From Chrysemys picta bellii (taxonomy: Eukaryota): a stretch of DNA of 64,000 nucleotides. Below are positions 24,962 through 36,200 of this stretch, one piece after another. The stretch covers positions 122,388,001-122,452,000 of the forward strand of contig NC_088794.1 of assembly GCF_011386835.1 (NCBI RefSeq), read 5' to 3'. Position 1 is the stretch's first letter; the number at the start of each line of letters is the position of its first letter. The position numbers and the translations under genes were made by a program. A model generated the notes under the pieces. The model saw only the letters and a list, made by a program, of their open reading frames with translations. It made no database searches and was not told the DNA's origin.

Positions 24962-25272
24962 CAGGGGTAGGCAACCTATGGCATGCGTGCCGAAGGCAGC
25001 ACGCGAGCTGTTTTCAGTGGCACTCACACTGCCTGGGTCCTGGCCACTGGTCCGGGGGGCTCTGCATTTTAATTTAATTTTAAATGAAGCTTCTTAAACA
25101 TTCTAAAAACCTTATTTACTTTACATACAACAATAGTTTAGTTATATATTATAGACTTATAGAAAGAGACCTTCTAAAAACGTTAAAATGTATTACTGGG
25201 CACACGAAACCTGAAATTAGAGTGACTAAATGAAGACTCGGCACACCACTTCTGAAAGGTTGCCGAACCCTG
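24962..25272. mobile_element. hAT MITE
   Basis: TIRs CAGGGGTAGGCAACCT / AGGTTGCCGAACCCTG; perfect TSD CTTTAAAC at 24954-24961 and 25273-25280. Confidence 0.92.
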
Positions 25273-25367
25273 CTTTAAACCACATCCGAAAGACCACATC
25301 TCCAGTGGCTTAGTGCTTCCTTTCATTACTGTGTCAGGATAGAGTCCTACATACTGATCACCTATGC

Positions 25368-25809
25368 CAGGGGTGGCCAAACTGAGCCTGAGAAGGAGCC
25401 AGAATTTACCAATGAACATTGCCAAAGAGCTACAGTAATATGTCAGCAGCCCCCCATCCGCTACCCCCTTCCAGCCCCCACCGACCGGCAGCCCCGCCAA
25501 TCAGTGCCTTCCCCTCCCTCCTCACACCTCCCGCCCGCCACAATCAGCTGTTTTGCAGTGCGCAGGAGGCTCTGGTGGGAGGGAGGAGGGCATGGCAGGC
25601 TCAAGGAAAGGGACAGGGGCCTTGGGGGAAGGGGTGGAGCGGTGGCAGGACCTGGGGCAGAGCAGGGGGTTGAGCAGTGAGCCCCCCACAGCATGTTGGA
25701 AAATTAGCATCTATAGCATCAGCCTCAGAGTCAGCGCCTGTGCAAGGAGCCACATATTAACCTCTGAAGAGCTGCCTGCAGCTCAGGAGCCACAGGTTGG
25801 CCACTCCTG
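25368..25809. mobile_element. hAT MITE
   Basis: TIRs CAGGGGTGGCCAA / TTGGCCACTCCTG; imperfect TSD ACCTATGC/ACCTGTAC. Confidence 0.8.
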
Positions 25810-26217
25810 ACCTGTACCACTTCAGGCACTGCTGTACGTGCCTGGGAAGAGCCCCACCGAGCTGTTATGTCCCAGTCCTGTTTAATTTGAAAACTAACAG
25901 GCTTGCTGCAGCCTCAATGCGAGATTGGAACCTCTTTGTCTGCCTAAATTCCCCTGAAGTTTGTTGGAAGCAATAGAAGTGCTTCTGTGTGTGGTTAAAT
26001 AGTGGCCATGTTCCAGCCCAGAATCAGCCGCTTTTCAGTGCTGGGTGACATAATCCTGATATATCTTACATATTTCACAGGGCTATTCCAAGGTTTAATT
26101 GTTTGCAGAGTGCTTTGAGATCCTCAGATTAAATGAACTCTGGAAATACAGAATAGTAATTGCTGAGAAAATGGAATTGTTTTGATCCATACAATATTCT
26201 TGTTCTTTTTCTAACAG

Positions 26218-26312
26218 CACCACTACAAGCCCCACCAGCAACCTCCAACAGTCAGCTCTGCAGATTTTTCCCCGCTTGTAAGAAAATGGAATGTCCATTT
26301 TATCATCCAAAA
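26218..26312 (+). CDS. ZC3H14: ZC3H14 exon 15 (CCCH finger 4, CRFFPACKKMECPFYHPK)
   Basis: aacag|CA...AAA|gtaaga, 95 bp. Confidence 0.96.
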
Positions 26313-27109
26313 GTAAGAAGTGTCTGTTAACACTTCTGTAGAAGGAAATCTGAAAAATGTTACATTGCGTTACTGTGTTTTATGACGCAATCCTTAGAAA
26401 TGCTTCTATAATTTGTATCTGAAACGTAATCAATTTATAGCTTGAAACGAGAGACAGAAAAGCACTGATTTATAGTTGTACATTTCTGAATGATCTTTCC
26501 TAAACGCTTTTTGGTAGTCTAGTAAAACTGTAGAAAATGCTAAATATCAGACTTGTTCAGTTACATCAGACTGGCCCCAATGAGTCAGTTGGCACTGTGG
26601 TATGCTTTCAGTGTCAGCTCATAGCTAACCACTTATCCAAACTCTTCTGCTTATGAGGAATGATTGGAACATAGGAGAAGAAAATTCACTTCTGCAACAT
26701 ATCGTGGGGAGAGCACACAATAAATGCTGACGTGGGATTTCATTTTTCCTGCAGCTGGGGTCATATAGTTAGCTTAGAGTATGCACAGCTAGATGATTAT
26801 CCCATTGAGGATATAGCATCCAGAAGTGGCCACACTTAAAGTTTATATTGAGGGTATCTCCAGAGAAAGATGTGATCGGCTTGGTAAAGATAGCCACCAA
26901 AGGAAGAGAAGAAAGGAAAGGCTGCCTTTAATTGTGGATTGTGTTTCTTTACATTAGAAATTTGTCTTGCTGCTCTTCATGTTCGCTGTAAGAGGAAGCT
27001 GTAGCCTTTGTGATATGAATTTTGACTGACGGTGGACAGGGAATCTTCTCTTTTGTTATGAGAATCACCTTTGATACATGTGGTGATTTCATGAGCAGTC
27101 TGTCTTTCA

Positions 27110-28893
27110 GGATTTATCTACACAGCAATGTAAACCCAGGCTTGAACCTGGGCTCAAGCCTAACCCCCCTCGCATTCACAAACCAATTGTGTTAACCTAG
27201 GGCTCGAATTTAGGAGCCCAGGACCCTGAAGGGCTGGAGGGTCTGAGCCCATGTTAAGTTGGACCTAGGGTCCAAGCCCTATTGCTTTCCTGTGTGCATG
27301 TGACCCAGGCTTGACTCAGGTCCTGGGCATCTTCTGGATGTATCCCAGTGTCCCTTGGGGCAACTTTCTTAGTCCTCTCTATGCCCACAGACAATCTGTG
27401 TTGCAGTCTATTGCAAACAGAAGCAGGCCAGATCAGCGTTAACCCATTGTCTGCCGAACACTGGTCTCCAAGCACACTATCAGGGAGCCTGCAGGATTTT
27501 CAATGGAGACCAATCAGAAGAAGCTTTTTGCAGAGAGCTCCTTCTGGGTCACAAGAGCACAGCCAGATTTTGCTGCCCCTGTGGGGAGCGGGGGCGGAGG
27601 CGGGAGTGGGCCAAAGAGCAGAGTGTGGACTAAGTGGCTGCCTTGCAGGGAGGGGGAGCAGCAGAGGGGAGGATGACCCCCAACACCCCATCTGCTCCCC
27701 CTCCCTGCAGGGCAGCTACTTGGTCTCTGCTTTCTGGCCCCCTCTGTGGGTGCATGTGCAGGGTGCCTGGGCAGCGTGCATTGTCCGGGCAGCGAGTGGG
27801 AGCAAGACCCTAAACCTTCCCACACCCTCCTGCAGCTCCAGCTCCTCCTTACTGTTGCATAGACTTGCCCGGAGCAGGGAGAAAAGCTGACAGGTGGGAG
27901 GCAGCTCCCATCTGCCAGGCTGTTGGGGTCATCCATCCCCTGGCTATGCTGAGCCGGGAGCTTTACTGTTCCCCATCCCTGCAGGGCAGCCGCTCACTCA
28001 GCTCTCTGTCGCTTGCTCTCAGGCCCCCCCGCCCTTCCTAGGGCTGTGTCTGCAGAGGCACCTGGGCTGTATGCACTGTCAGGGCGGTGAGTGGGAGCCA
28101 GCCCCAAAACTTCCACACAGCCCCGTGGGGTTCGTATCCCCGCCTCTCAGGATATGAACGGGGCAGGGATAAGAGATCCCTGGGAGGTGCTGGAGCACAA
28201 TGCACCCCAAGCCCTGGGGATGCACTTCACTGCTCTGCAGCGGGCAGTAGCAAGGCTTGACGTGTGTTTGTTTTTCCTCTGAAACCACCATTTTATGTCA
28301 AACTTCCAACCAAACAAAACACCTTCATTGAACATCCCTTTTTAAAAATGAGAAATTGCCAAATTTCATTTTAATAGTTTGACAGCTCTGGAAACTGATG
28401 CCCTAATTATCCTCAGAGCAGGTGCACAAAGGCATTATCCTGCCACTGTGGCTCAACCTGGAACTGGAGCCCAAATCACTGGTTAGATGATGGTTCAGTA
28501 TAAAGCTTTCTCAAACTGCACTCATTCTACTGAGGCAGCCACCAAAGGCGCTAATGATGCAACTCATGCTCCTTATGGGCACCTGAGTCTCATCAACAGC
28601 ACTGTCACTGTTAGGAAACAGGGTGGGCAGTAGTTTCCTCACAGAGCAACACATTCATAGGGCTAGACTGTTGAGACCGATATAGTGGGTACTAAGAATC
28701 TGGGACAGGGTTACTTTGATTCAGGTCTGTGCAGTGCAGTGTGGACGCCAGAGCCCTAGGGTAAAACGAGTCAGAAAATCCTTAACCTAGTGTTAAAATG
28801 CAGTATAGATGCACAAGCCCAGGGTTCCCTGACACAGGTCAGCTGACTCAAGTCCCACTAACCCTAGGCTTACATTGCTGTGTAGATATACCC
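27110..28893. mobile_element. Large non-autonomous PIF/Harbinger-like element
   Basis: Long TIRs GGATTTATCTACACAGCAATGTAAACC / GGCTTACATTGCTGTGTAGATATACCC; GC-rich interior with no recognisable transposase. Confidence 0.7.
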
Positions 28894-29601
28894 TTAGAGG
28901 CCTTAGAATACTTTCTAGGATCTGATTAAGAAATACATTACAATACATTTCCTAAACTCTTACTTTCTGTCTAGACAAAATGTAATCACTATGTCAACAA
29001 TGAGATAGTGCCTGAGATCTTTTTCAGAAATCAATTAGGGACATGATGAAAGAAGGGAAATACCCTAATTTAAATTGAATAATGTATTCACTTTTGGTCT
29101 GTAATTGCTGCTTTATCATTGTAAAAGAAGAGAGCGAGATTTAGAAGGCAGTGATGTGATTGAATCTCTTCTAGCATAACTAATGGTCCCAAGAAATACT
29201 GTTTTCCAGAACAGTAATGTAATTTTACAAGTCACTAGAGAGATGAGAAGTGTAAGGTAAAATCTTCTAACAACGTATTTTTTCGTCATTGCAGATAAAA
29301 TCTTGCTGCTCTTCCATATATGGTAGCAGAGGTCTAGTAGCTAACTGTAATTCCACTGATGAATTGCCTTAGTGACTTTGTAACAGGGACTTGTGAGTCT
29401 TGGAATACTCAAAACTAACCCCTTATCTAAACTCTTCCTGTGAGGAGGAATGACATTTTTATAATTTCATGGTCAGTTATTAAATATCCTGTTGATAGAA
29501 CATTTCCTTATAGAAAACAGAACCCCTGCCATTAGTGGGTTCAATTGACACTGGTATTAATTTTCAAAATTATTGACCATCAGGTATTTTGGACTATACA
29601 A

Positions 29602-29815
29602 GTATCAGGGGGTAGCCGTGTTAGTCTGTATCTACAAAAACAACAAAGAGTCTGGTGGCACCTTAAAGACTAACAGATTTATTTGGGCATAAGCTTTCGT
29701 GAGTAAAAACCTCACTTCTTCGGATGCATCCGAAGAAGTGAGGTTTTTACTCACGAAAGCTTATGCCCAAATAAATCTGTTAGTCTTTAAGGTGCCACCA
29801 GACTCTTTGTTGTTT
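29602..29815. mobile_element. Minimal Penelope-like insertion made of an inverted terminal-repeat pair (182-bp perfect palindrome)
   Basis: GTATCAGGGGGTAGCCGTGTTAGTC start; 29636-29817 is self-complementary around ATGCAT; TTTTGGACTATACAA at 29587-29601 and 29816-29830. Confidence 0.9.
29726..29766 (+). ncRNA. Minimal type I hammerhead-ribozyme-like motif (mirror copy on the - strand, 29687-29727)
   Basis: GCAT-CCGAAGA-A-GTGAG(gttttta)CTCAC-GAAA-GCTT-ATGC: stem I, core with U4C, stem II, GAAA and palindromic AAGCTT. Activity untested. Confidence 0.65.
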
Positions 29816-29833
29816 TTTTGGACTATACAATAA

Positions 29834-30691
29834 TTCATAGATTCATAGATTCTAGGACTGGAACGGACCTCGAGAGGTCATCGAGTCCAGTCCCTTGCCT
29901 AATGTCCAACCTAGACCTCCCTTGCTGCAGTTTAAGCCCATTGCTTCTTGTTCTACCCTTAGAGGCTAAGGTGAACAAGTTTTCTCCCTCTTCCTTATGA
30001 CACCCTTTTAGATACCTGAAAACTGCTATCATGTCCCCTCTCAGTCTTCTCTTTTCCAAACTAAACAAACCCAGTTCTTTCAGCCTTCCTTCATAGGTCA
30101 TGTTCTCAAGACCTTTAATCATTCTTGTTGCTCTTCTCTGGACCCTTTCCAATTTCTCCACATCTTTCTTGAAATGCGGTGCCCAGAACTGGACACAATA
30201 CTCCAGCTGAGGCCTAACCAGCGCAGAGTAGAGCGGAAGAATGACTTCTCGTGTCTTGCTCACAACACACCTGTTAATACATCCCAGAATCATGTTTGCT
30301 TTTTTTGCAACAGCATCACACTGTTGACTCATATTTAGCTTGTGGTCCACTATAACCCCTAGATCCCTTTCTGCCGTACTCCTTCCTAGACAGTCGCTTC
30401 CCATTCTGTATGTGTGAAACTGATTTTTTCTTCCTAAGTGGAGCACTTTGCATTTGTCTTTGTTAAACTTCATCCTGTTTAACTCAGACCATTTCTCCAA
30501 TTTGTCCATATCATTTTGAATTATGACCCTGTCCTCCAAAGCAGTTGCAATCCCTCCCAGTTTGGTATCATTTGCAAACTTAATAAGCGTACTTTCTATG
30601 CCAATATCTAAGTCGTTAATGAAGATATTGAACAGAGCCGGTCCCAAAACACACCCCTGCGGAACCCCACTCGTTATGCCTTTCCAGCGGG
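29834..30691 (-). mobile_element. CR1 LINE 3' fragment with an uninterrupted RT C-terminal ORF and an internal deletion
   Basis: ORF 29835-30647(-): GPALFNIFINDL...KFANDTKLGG...FNKDKCKVLHLG...RPQLEYCVQFW...LEKRRLRGD; tail (TCTATGAA)n. Confidence 0.95.
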
Positions 30692-30780
30692 AAAGTACTC
30701 GTGTATAAAATGTGCCAAGATATCTTGTTTGTGGCTTTAGGGGTGCTAATTTTAATTAGTCTTCTCTGAATTAATTTTAG

Positions 30781-30887
30781 CACTGTAGATTTAACACCCA
30801 GTGTACCAGACCAGACTGCCCATTCTACCATCCCACTATTGCTGTACCTCCACGTCATGCCTTGAAATGGACTAGAACTCAAACCAG
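30781..30887 (+). CDS. ZC3H14: ZC3H14 exon 16 (CCCH finger 5, HCRFNTQCTRPDCPFYHP...ALKWTRTQTS)
   Basis: tttag|CAC...ACCAG|gtaatc, 107 bp. Confidence 0.97.
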
Positions 30888-32200
30888 GTAATCTAAGCAA
30901 TCTTTCACTGTGGTTAGCTTTTAAGGCCCTGATCATCTGAATACATATACACATGTGTAAGTTTACTTACGTGAGTAGCCCTGTTGCATGTATGCATAAA
31001 TGTTCATTGGGTTAGGGCCTAAGATTGGTAATTATTTCACAATGCTATTGTGTAGCAATGGTCAAAGGCTAATCTGTCTTTGAACCAGAGCTCTGTATTT
31101 GTTGTTTTGAACAGTGACTTAAACTGTTACTAACTCAACCCTTAGAAATGTGAAAAATCAGAGGTCTGCAGTGAGGGCGTGGAATAGAGCAAACAAGGTT
31201 CCAGGCCTGTGCCCAAAGACTAAGAGTGCATTGTTCTCCCTTGAGTCAGACTGTAAACTGCACATCTGTTCTTCCTTGTTCCTGGTCTCATGTCATGGTA
31301 CATGACACCCCAGATGGCTCAGGTCAGGTCTGCTTGCTCCTTTTAGTGTTCCTCATGTCATAGCAAAACAGCCTTCTTCCTATCACGGCCAATGAGTCCA
31401 CAAACCCCTAGCAAACTGGTTAGTCAACGAACTGCCATGGGAATTAGCCATCATCCTACGTATCAGTGTTTTTTTTAAGGCTCTGAACCAAGAAAATGTT
31501 ACAGTTTACTCTGAAAATATCCACGTGAGGGGAATTTATTTACCTGTAAAAATTTTGGCTGAGGGGGAAAGATGACAAAATGTAATATAAAATAGCCAGT
31601 GTTTAAAGTTGAAATAGCTTGTGTTGAGAGTAAATGCTTAAGTGTTTCTTGTTTTACTGGGAAAGTTTAAGATCGCTGTTGATAAAATTATTAGCAGAAT
31701 TTACATATTTCTTTCTGTATGTTATGCAAGTCATTGAAGGTGAATAGTACCTGTAATTTGTTTCGTCTCCTCGTACTTAATTGGTAACTTATAATATCCA
31801 CTGTTCCAAGAGTTAAGTATATTGTAAAACTCATTAAGAAAAATCTATACCATTAATCTGCATCTCTTTATATGCCAGTACTGTTAGGATTAAATCCTGT
31901 GGTGTCAGCAAGAGCTGCAGGTTTTGGAAATTGAAGTCAGTGGAAGTTGCAAGCGCTCAAAATAGCTGAAAATCAGGCTCTTTCTTAAGGTGCCTAAACA
32001 GAGATTTAGGAACTTAACTTTAGGCATCAAGTTTGAAAATGTTCACCTTTCTTTTAAATGCTCAGCTCTCTTGAGCATTTCTCACCATTTAATATCCCCT
32101 GAAATGGAAGTCTTGATACTTGAATCATTAAGACGCTAGGACAACACTTGTCAAATCATCTATAATAGGCTTGTTAATTATGTGGTTTTTCCCCCCCCAG

Positions 32201-32207
32201 TGAATAA
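32201..32207 (+). CDS. ZC3H14: ZC3H14 last coding exon (S-E-stop)
   Basis: ttttcccccccc ag|T GAA TAA after a strong pyrimidine tract; completes the AG-T codon. In-window CDS totals 2120 nt, in frame. Confidence 0.88.
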
Positions 32208-33200
32208 TTATCATACAATTTGTGGATGAAAGTTGCTGCCTTTGGATGCTGATGGAGAGGAAATCCTGATACTACAAAACTTTTCATCACACCTTTGGAA
32301 GTTTGAATATATATAGTTTTCATAAAATGAAATTGATTGCGTACTTGAAATGTCTCTAATTTTCCAAATTTGTAAGTTTAATAGCTGGTTTTACTTTTTT
32401 TTTTTTTTTACTCTGAAGAGAACATCTGTGTAGGGAAAAATTTTTACTTTAAATTCCATTAAAAATGTCAAGACCTGGTTTGTATTTTACTGTTCGGGTT
32501 AGTCTGTTCTTTCTTTGCGTAAAGACTATTGGGTAGAGCCACTCAAAGTTTTTTTTTTTTAACTAGAATAGATTTTTTATAAGGGTTGTTCCACCAGTGC
32601 AAATGGTCATTATATGATTTTTATTTGGGGGAAATGGCCTTAGTGTTCTCCAGATATACACACAGTCAAATTGATGCCCTAGTGCAATAGTGATTTCAGT
32701 TCTCACACATCCACTTTTAGTACCTGATGCGTACAACAATAACTACCCTCTTGTTCGGATGGAAAGTTGTTGTTTTTTCTTTTTATTCAAGGAATAGTAC
32801 ATAGGCCCCTGATAATCTGACAGTAGAAGATAAAGGTAAGAGGGAAAGTAGTCATTAGTAAGCAATTGTTTTTAAATGTAGCAAACAAAGTGAGTTGTTC
32901 CACTGTTTTTGAATTATCAAGCAGTTCAACTGGAAATCCAATTTTAAGGATAAGTGTAGGGAGAAGGCACCATCTTGAATCTGTCCTCAAGAGACTTTAT
33001 TGTTCTTCAAGAACACTGCTGCAAATACTCTGTTGTAATCATCTCCCTCCAGGGAGCACCTGTAACTTATATAGCAAAGATAAACCCATATAAATGGTAA
33101 CTGTGTAGAAATAGTTTAAAATCTGTAATTCATCTGTTCAAATGATGTAAATTATTAAACAATAACATGAATGCACTTTTTTTATTAAATCTTTTGTATC
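32208..33200 (+). other. ZC3H14: ZC3H14 3' UTR (proximal part); ATTAAA at 33154 and 33184
   Basis: AT-rich sequence after the stop with no recognised repeat; the end point is inferred from poly(A) signals only. Confidence 0.55.
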
Positions 33201-36200
33201 TTTTGGGGAACCACATTTTCACAAAAATATACAAAAGATATTTTTTTACAAATATTTACATTAGATATCAGAAAACAATGTCACCTACATATTTTAAACT
33301 CAAATGTGACAAATATATTTTTGAATTCTGAAATTGAACACTCCAGGAAATTAATTTAAAATATTATTTGTGCAGATAAAGTAATCAAAGTTTAGTTCAT
33401 ATTCAAATTTAAAAATTGTATGTTAAAATATTTAAATTAAATATTCATATTTTTGCATAAATTAACATAAGAACTACAGTATTGTATGATTACAGGGATT
33501 AGAAGGCCATGGCCAAAACCAAAATGGGAGCACACTTAAAACCATGATCCTTATTACAGTAATACATGAACATACACCTTTGGACTAGTTTAGAGTACAT
33601 TTTTTGGTTAAAGCAAGAGGGATTGTCTGACAAACACCATAATGAAACACAAACAATCTAAAAAGACAACTGGATCAATGATTTTAAGCTTAAAGAACTT
33701 CAGTAAGAAATTTTCCTAGACAATTGAGCAGAGGAGGATGGGGAACAGTACCAAAACAGTGATTTCCACCCCTTTTCTCCCCCTCCCCGAAATGAAAAGT
33801 AAAACTGCAAATGAAATTTTTTAATAGAATTTTCAAATACATCCATTAGCTAGCTGCACCTTTCAGAAGCATGCTTTCTCTTTTGGGTTTGAGACAAAAG
33901 TGAATCAATCATGATAGGGCAGCAAAACAGATTAATTCCTACACTGGTTAATTTCAACAGCTTTGATGTCTATAACCTATTGCACAAAGTTTAGCATAAG
34001 GCAATCTGCTGATGCGCTCCACTAATAAAAACAGTAAGTGACCAACCCACGAAGTCAAAAAAATATTAATTTCAGTCTAAGGGGAATGGTTTCTAATGAG
34101 TGCCATTTAGATTGATTTTACATTATTTTAAATAACTACTGTGGTCTTGATCTTATTCTTATGTAAAACTTTACATAAAATGTACATTTTACCTTTCTTC
34201 ACGCATTAATAATGCAGCTTTTCCATTATTTAGTATATGCTATAAACTCAGAAATGAACTAAAAACAGTTAAACAGTGCTCACAAGTACCAACTGTTTGT
34301 TCTTGTTAAAATTATAGTAGCTATTCCAAGCCCAAAAAACACAACACTATGACAAGTAGTAGCAGTAAAGGAAAAATAGGCTAGAAATATGGAAAGCATT
34401 ATCTGACAGCACCAAGAATTTCACAAAGGAGTAGTAAACCAGCTTTATCATGCAGTTTGTGTCAGTGCTGACACTTGGAGTTTCTTTATACATTTCCAAA
34501 TAATTCAATAATCAAGCATGTCCTGGATATAATACATGTTTGAAACAATTGTGGAACTGTAGAAGTGCCAGTCACCGTTCCATAGTTATGGCTGAGCATT
34601 AAGTTTTGTGTTTTAAGTCTTGTACTGAAAGTAGGAATGCAGCCACTTTATTACATAGGAAGATACAGTGTATCCTCCCAAAATTACAGCATTTTCCCCT
34701 TTGGGCACAGAATGATTTTTTTGAGAATTTATAAATAGATTGGTTAATTAGTTTGACTCTTTCAAAACAGCTGCCTTAGCTTCTTTTGTCCTCATGGGAC
34801 TGAGACTTAAAGTGCCCTTAGCTAGCAAATATGCCCTCTTTCAAAATGGCCACCAATGGGAGGCAGTGGCCATTTTAAAAGAGGGCATCTTGGCTACAGT
34901 CTCAGACTCAGTGAGACTAGATGGCTGCCATTTTGAAAGCAGGCAATTCTTATTAGCCCCTGCTGAAGGAGAAACTTTTAATTAAGAAAAATGGCAGAAA
35001 ATGAACACTTAACCCTAAAACTTCTTTTAAGAACTACCTGTTGCACCAGATTGACTCAACAGGTATGGGAAACTCTGGAGAAGTGTGCATGGGAAGTTGG
35101 GGGGGGGGAGGAGGAGGGGAAGGAATAGGAGAAATTTCTGTATGGCTGCATTCTGGGGAAAGTGCAGCTTATGTGTTAGGAGAAATTGACTAGTGCACTC
35201 CAGTTGCTTTGCACTGCTCCTGTGTGGGATTAACAGCAAGAATATCTGGTGAATCTGGTCCTAGAAGATTTAAGGTAGATACCACCCATCTTCAAATCAT
35301 TAAAAATATTAAATGGCAACATTCTCTTTGGGTTTCTTGTTTAGTGCTCTTCTATGACATTTTAAATAATAAAAAACTTCCAGGAAATAATCTATATTAA
35401 AAATAAGATTAACAGTATATATCAGTAATTTTAGAGATAAAACCATTACTGGAATCTTGTAACAATTCCCAAAACAAAAATTACCTAGGAAATTCAGATG
35501 TAGGTTAAGTACAAGAGAAATCCAAATGTGTTAAGGTATGGATAAAACAAACAAAATGTTAACTCTGTCCTCTAGTACCACCATTTGGGTGGGGGGGAGG
35601 GAGGGTAAAGAGACTTTAAAATCAGTTTAATCAAATTTAGGACGACAAACATTTATGCATTCATCGTAAGTGTATGGTTATTGCATAGTGTCACTATAGG
35701 GCAGAGTTGAGGTTGTTTGGGTGACTCAGTTGTGTATTTATTTTAACTTATGCCTTAAACTCTCTCCTGAGTTTAATTATTTGTTTCTTGATCACAAAAG
35801 CGCTGTAATTTTTTTTTGAATCCTTAAATTATTTATTTGTACTCAATTGTAAATCCCATCTCAATATAATTTGCCAGTAATTTAAAGAAGAGCTAATGAG
35901 TACAGGCTCATTAGCAAGATTTGTGCAACTCCCTCCTAAGCAACTGTAATTTGTGCAGGCAGCTCATGGGCACCATTTTCACAATGTAACATCTTATGGA
36001 ATTTCACAATTCTTTGGTTTATTTTCTACTAAAGAAAAGTTTGAATACCCCTGTTATTCAGCAATATGAAACCTGGACACTATCAGGTTAGGCCAGTTAA
36101 AATAACCCCAGTTTCGGGGTGTGGGCAAAACATAATGTATTTGTTTATTCCTTTTAGTCACATAGGCTGGAGGGTAGTAAAGCAGGCTCTTCCAAGCCTC

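Noticed and set aside
27254-28335. ORFs up to 180 aa inside the Harbinger-like element
   Set aside because: No recognisable DDE transposase or Myb/SANT motifs; composition explains the open frames.
31741-31747. TGAATAG as an alternative ZC3H14 terminal exon
   Set aside because: Preceded by GG rather than AG; the site at 32201 has a proper acceptor and pyrimidine tract.
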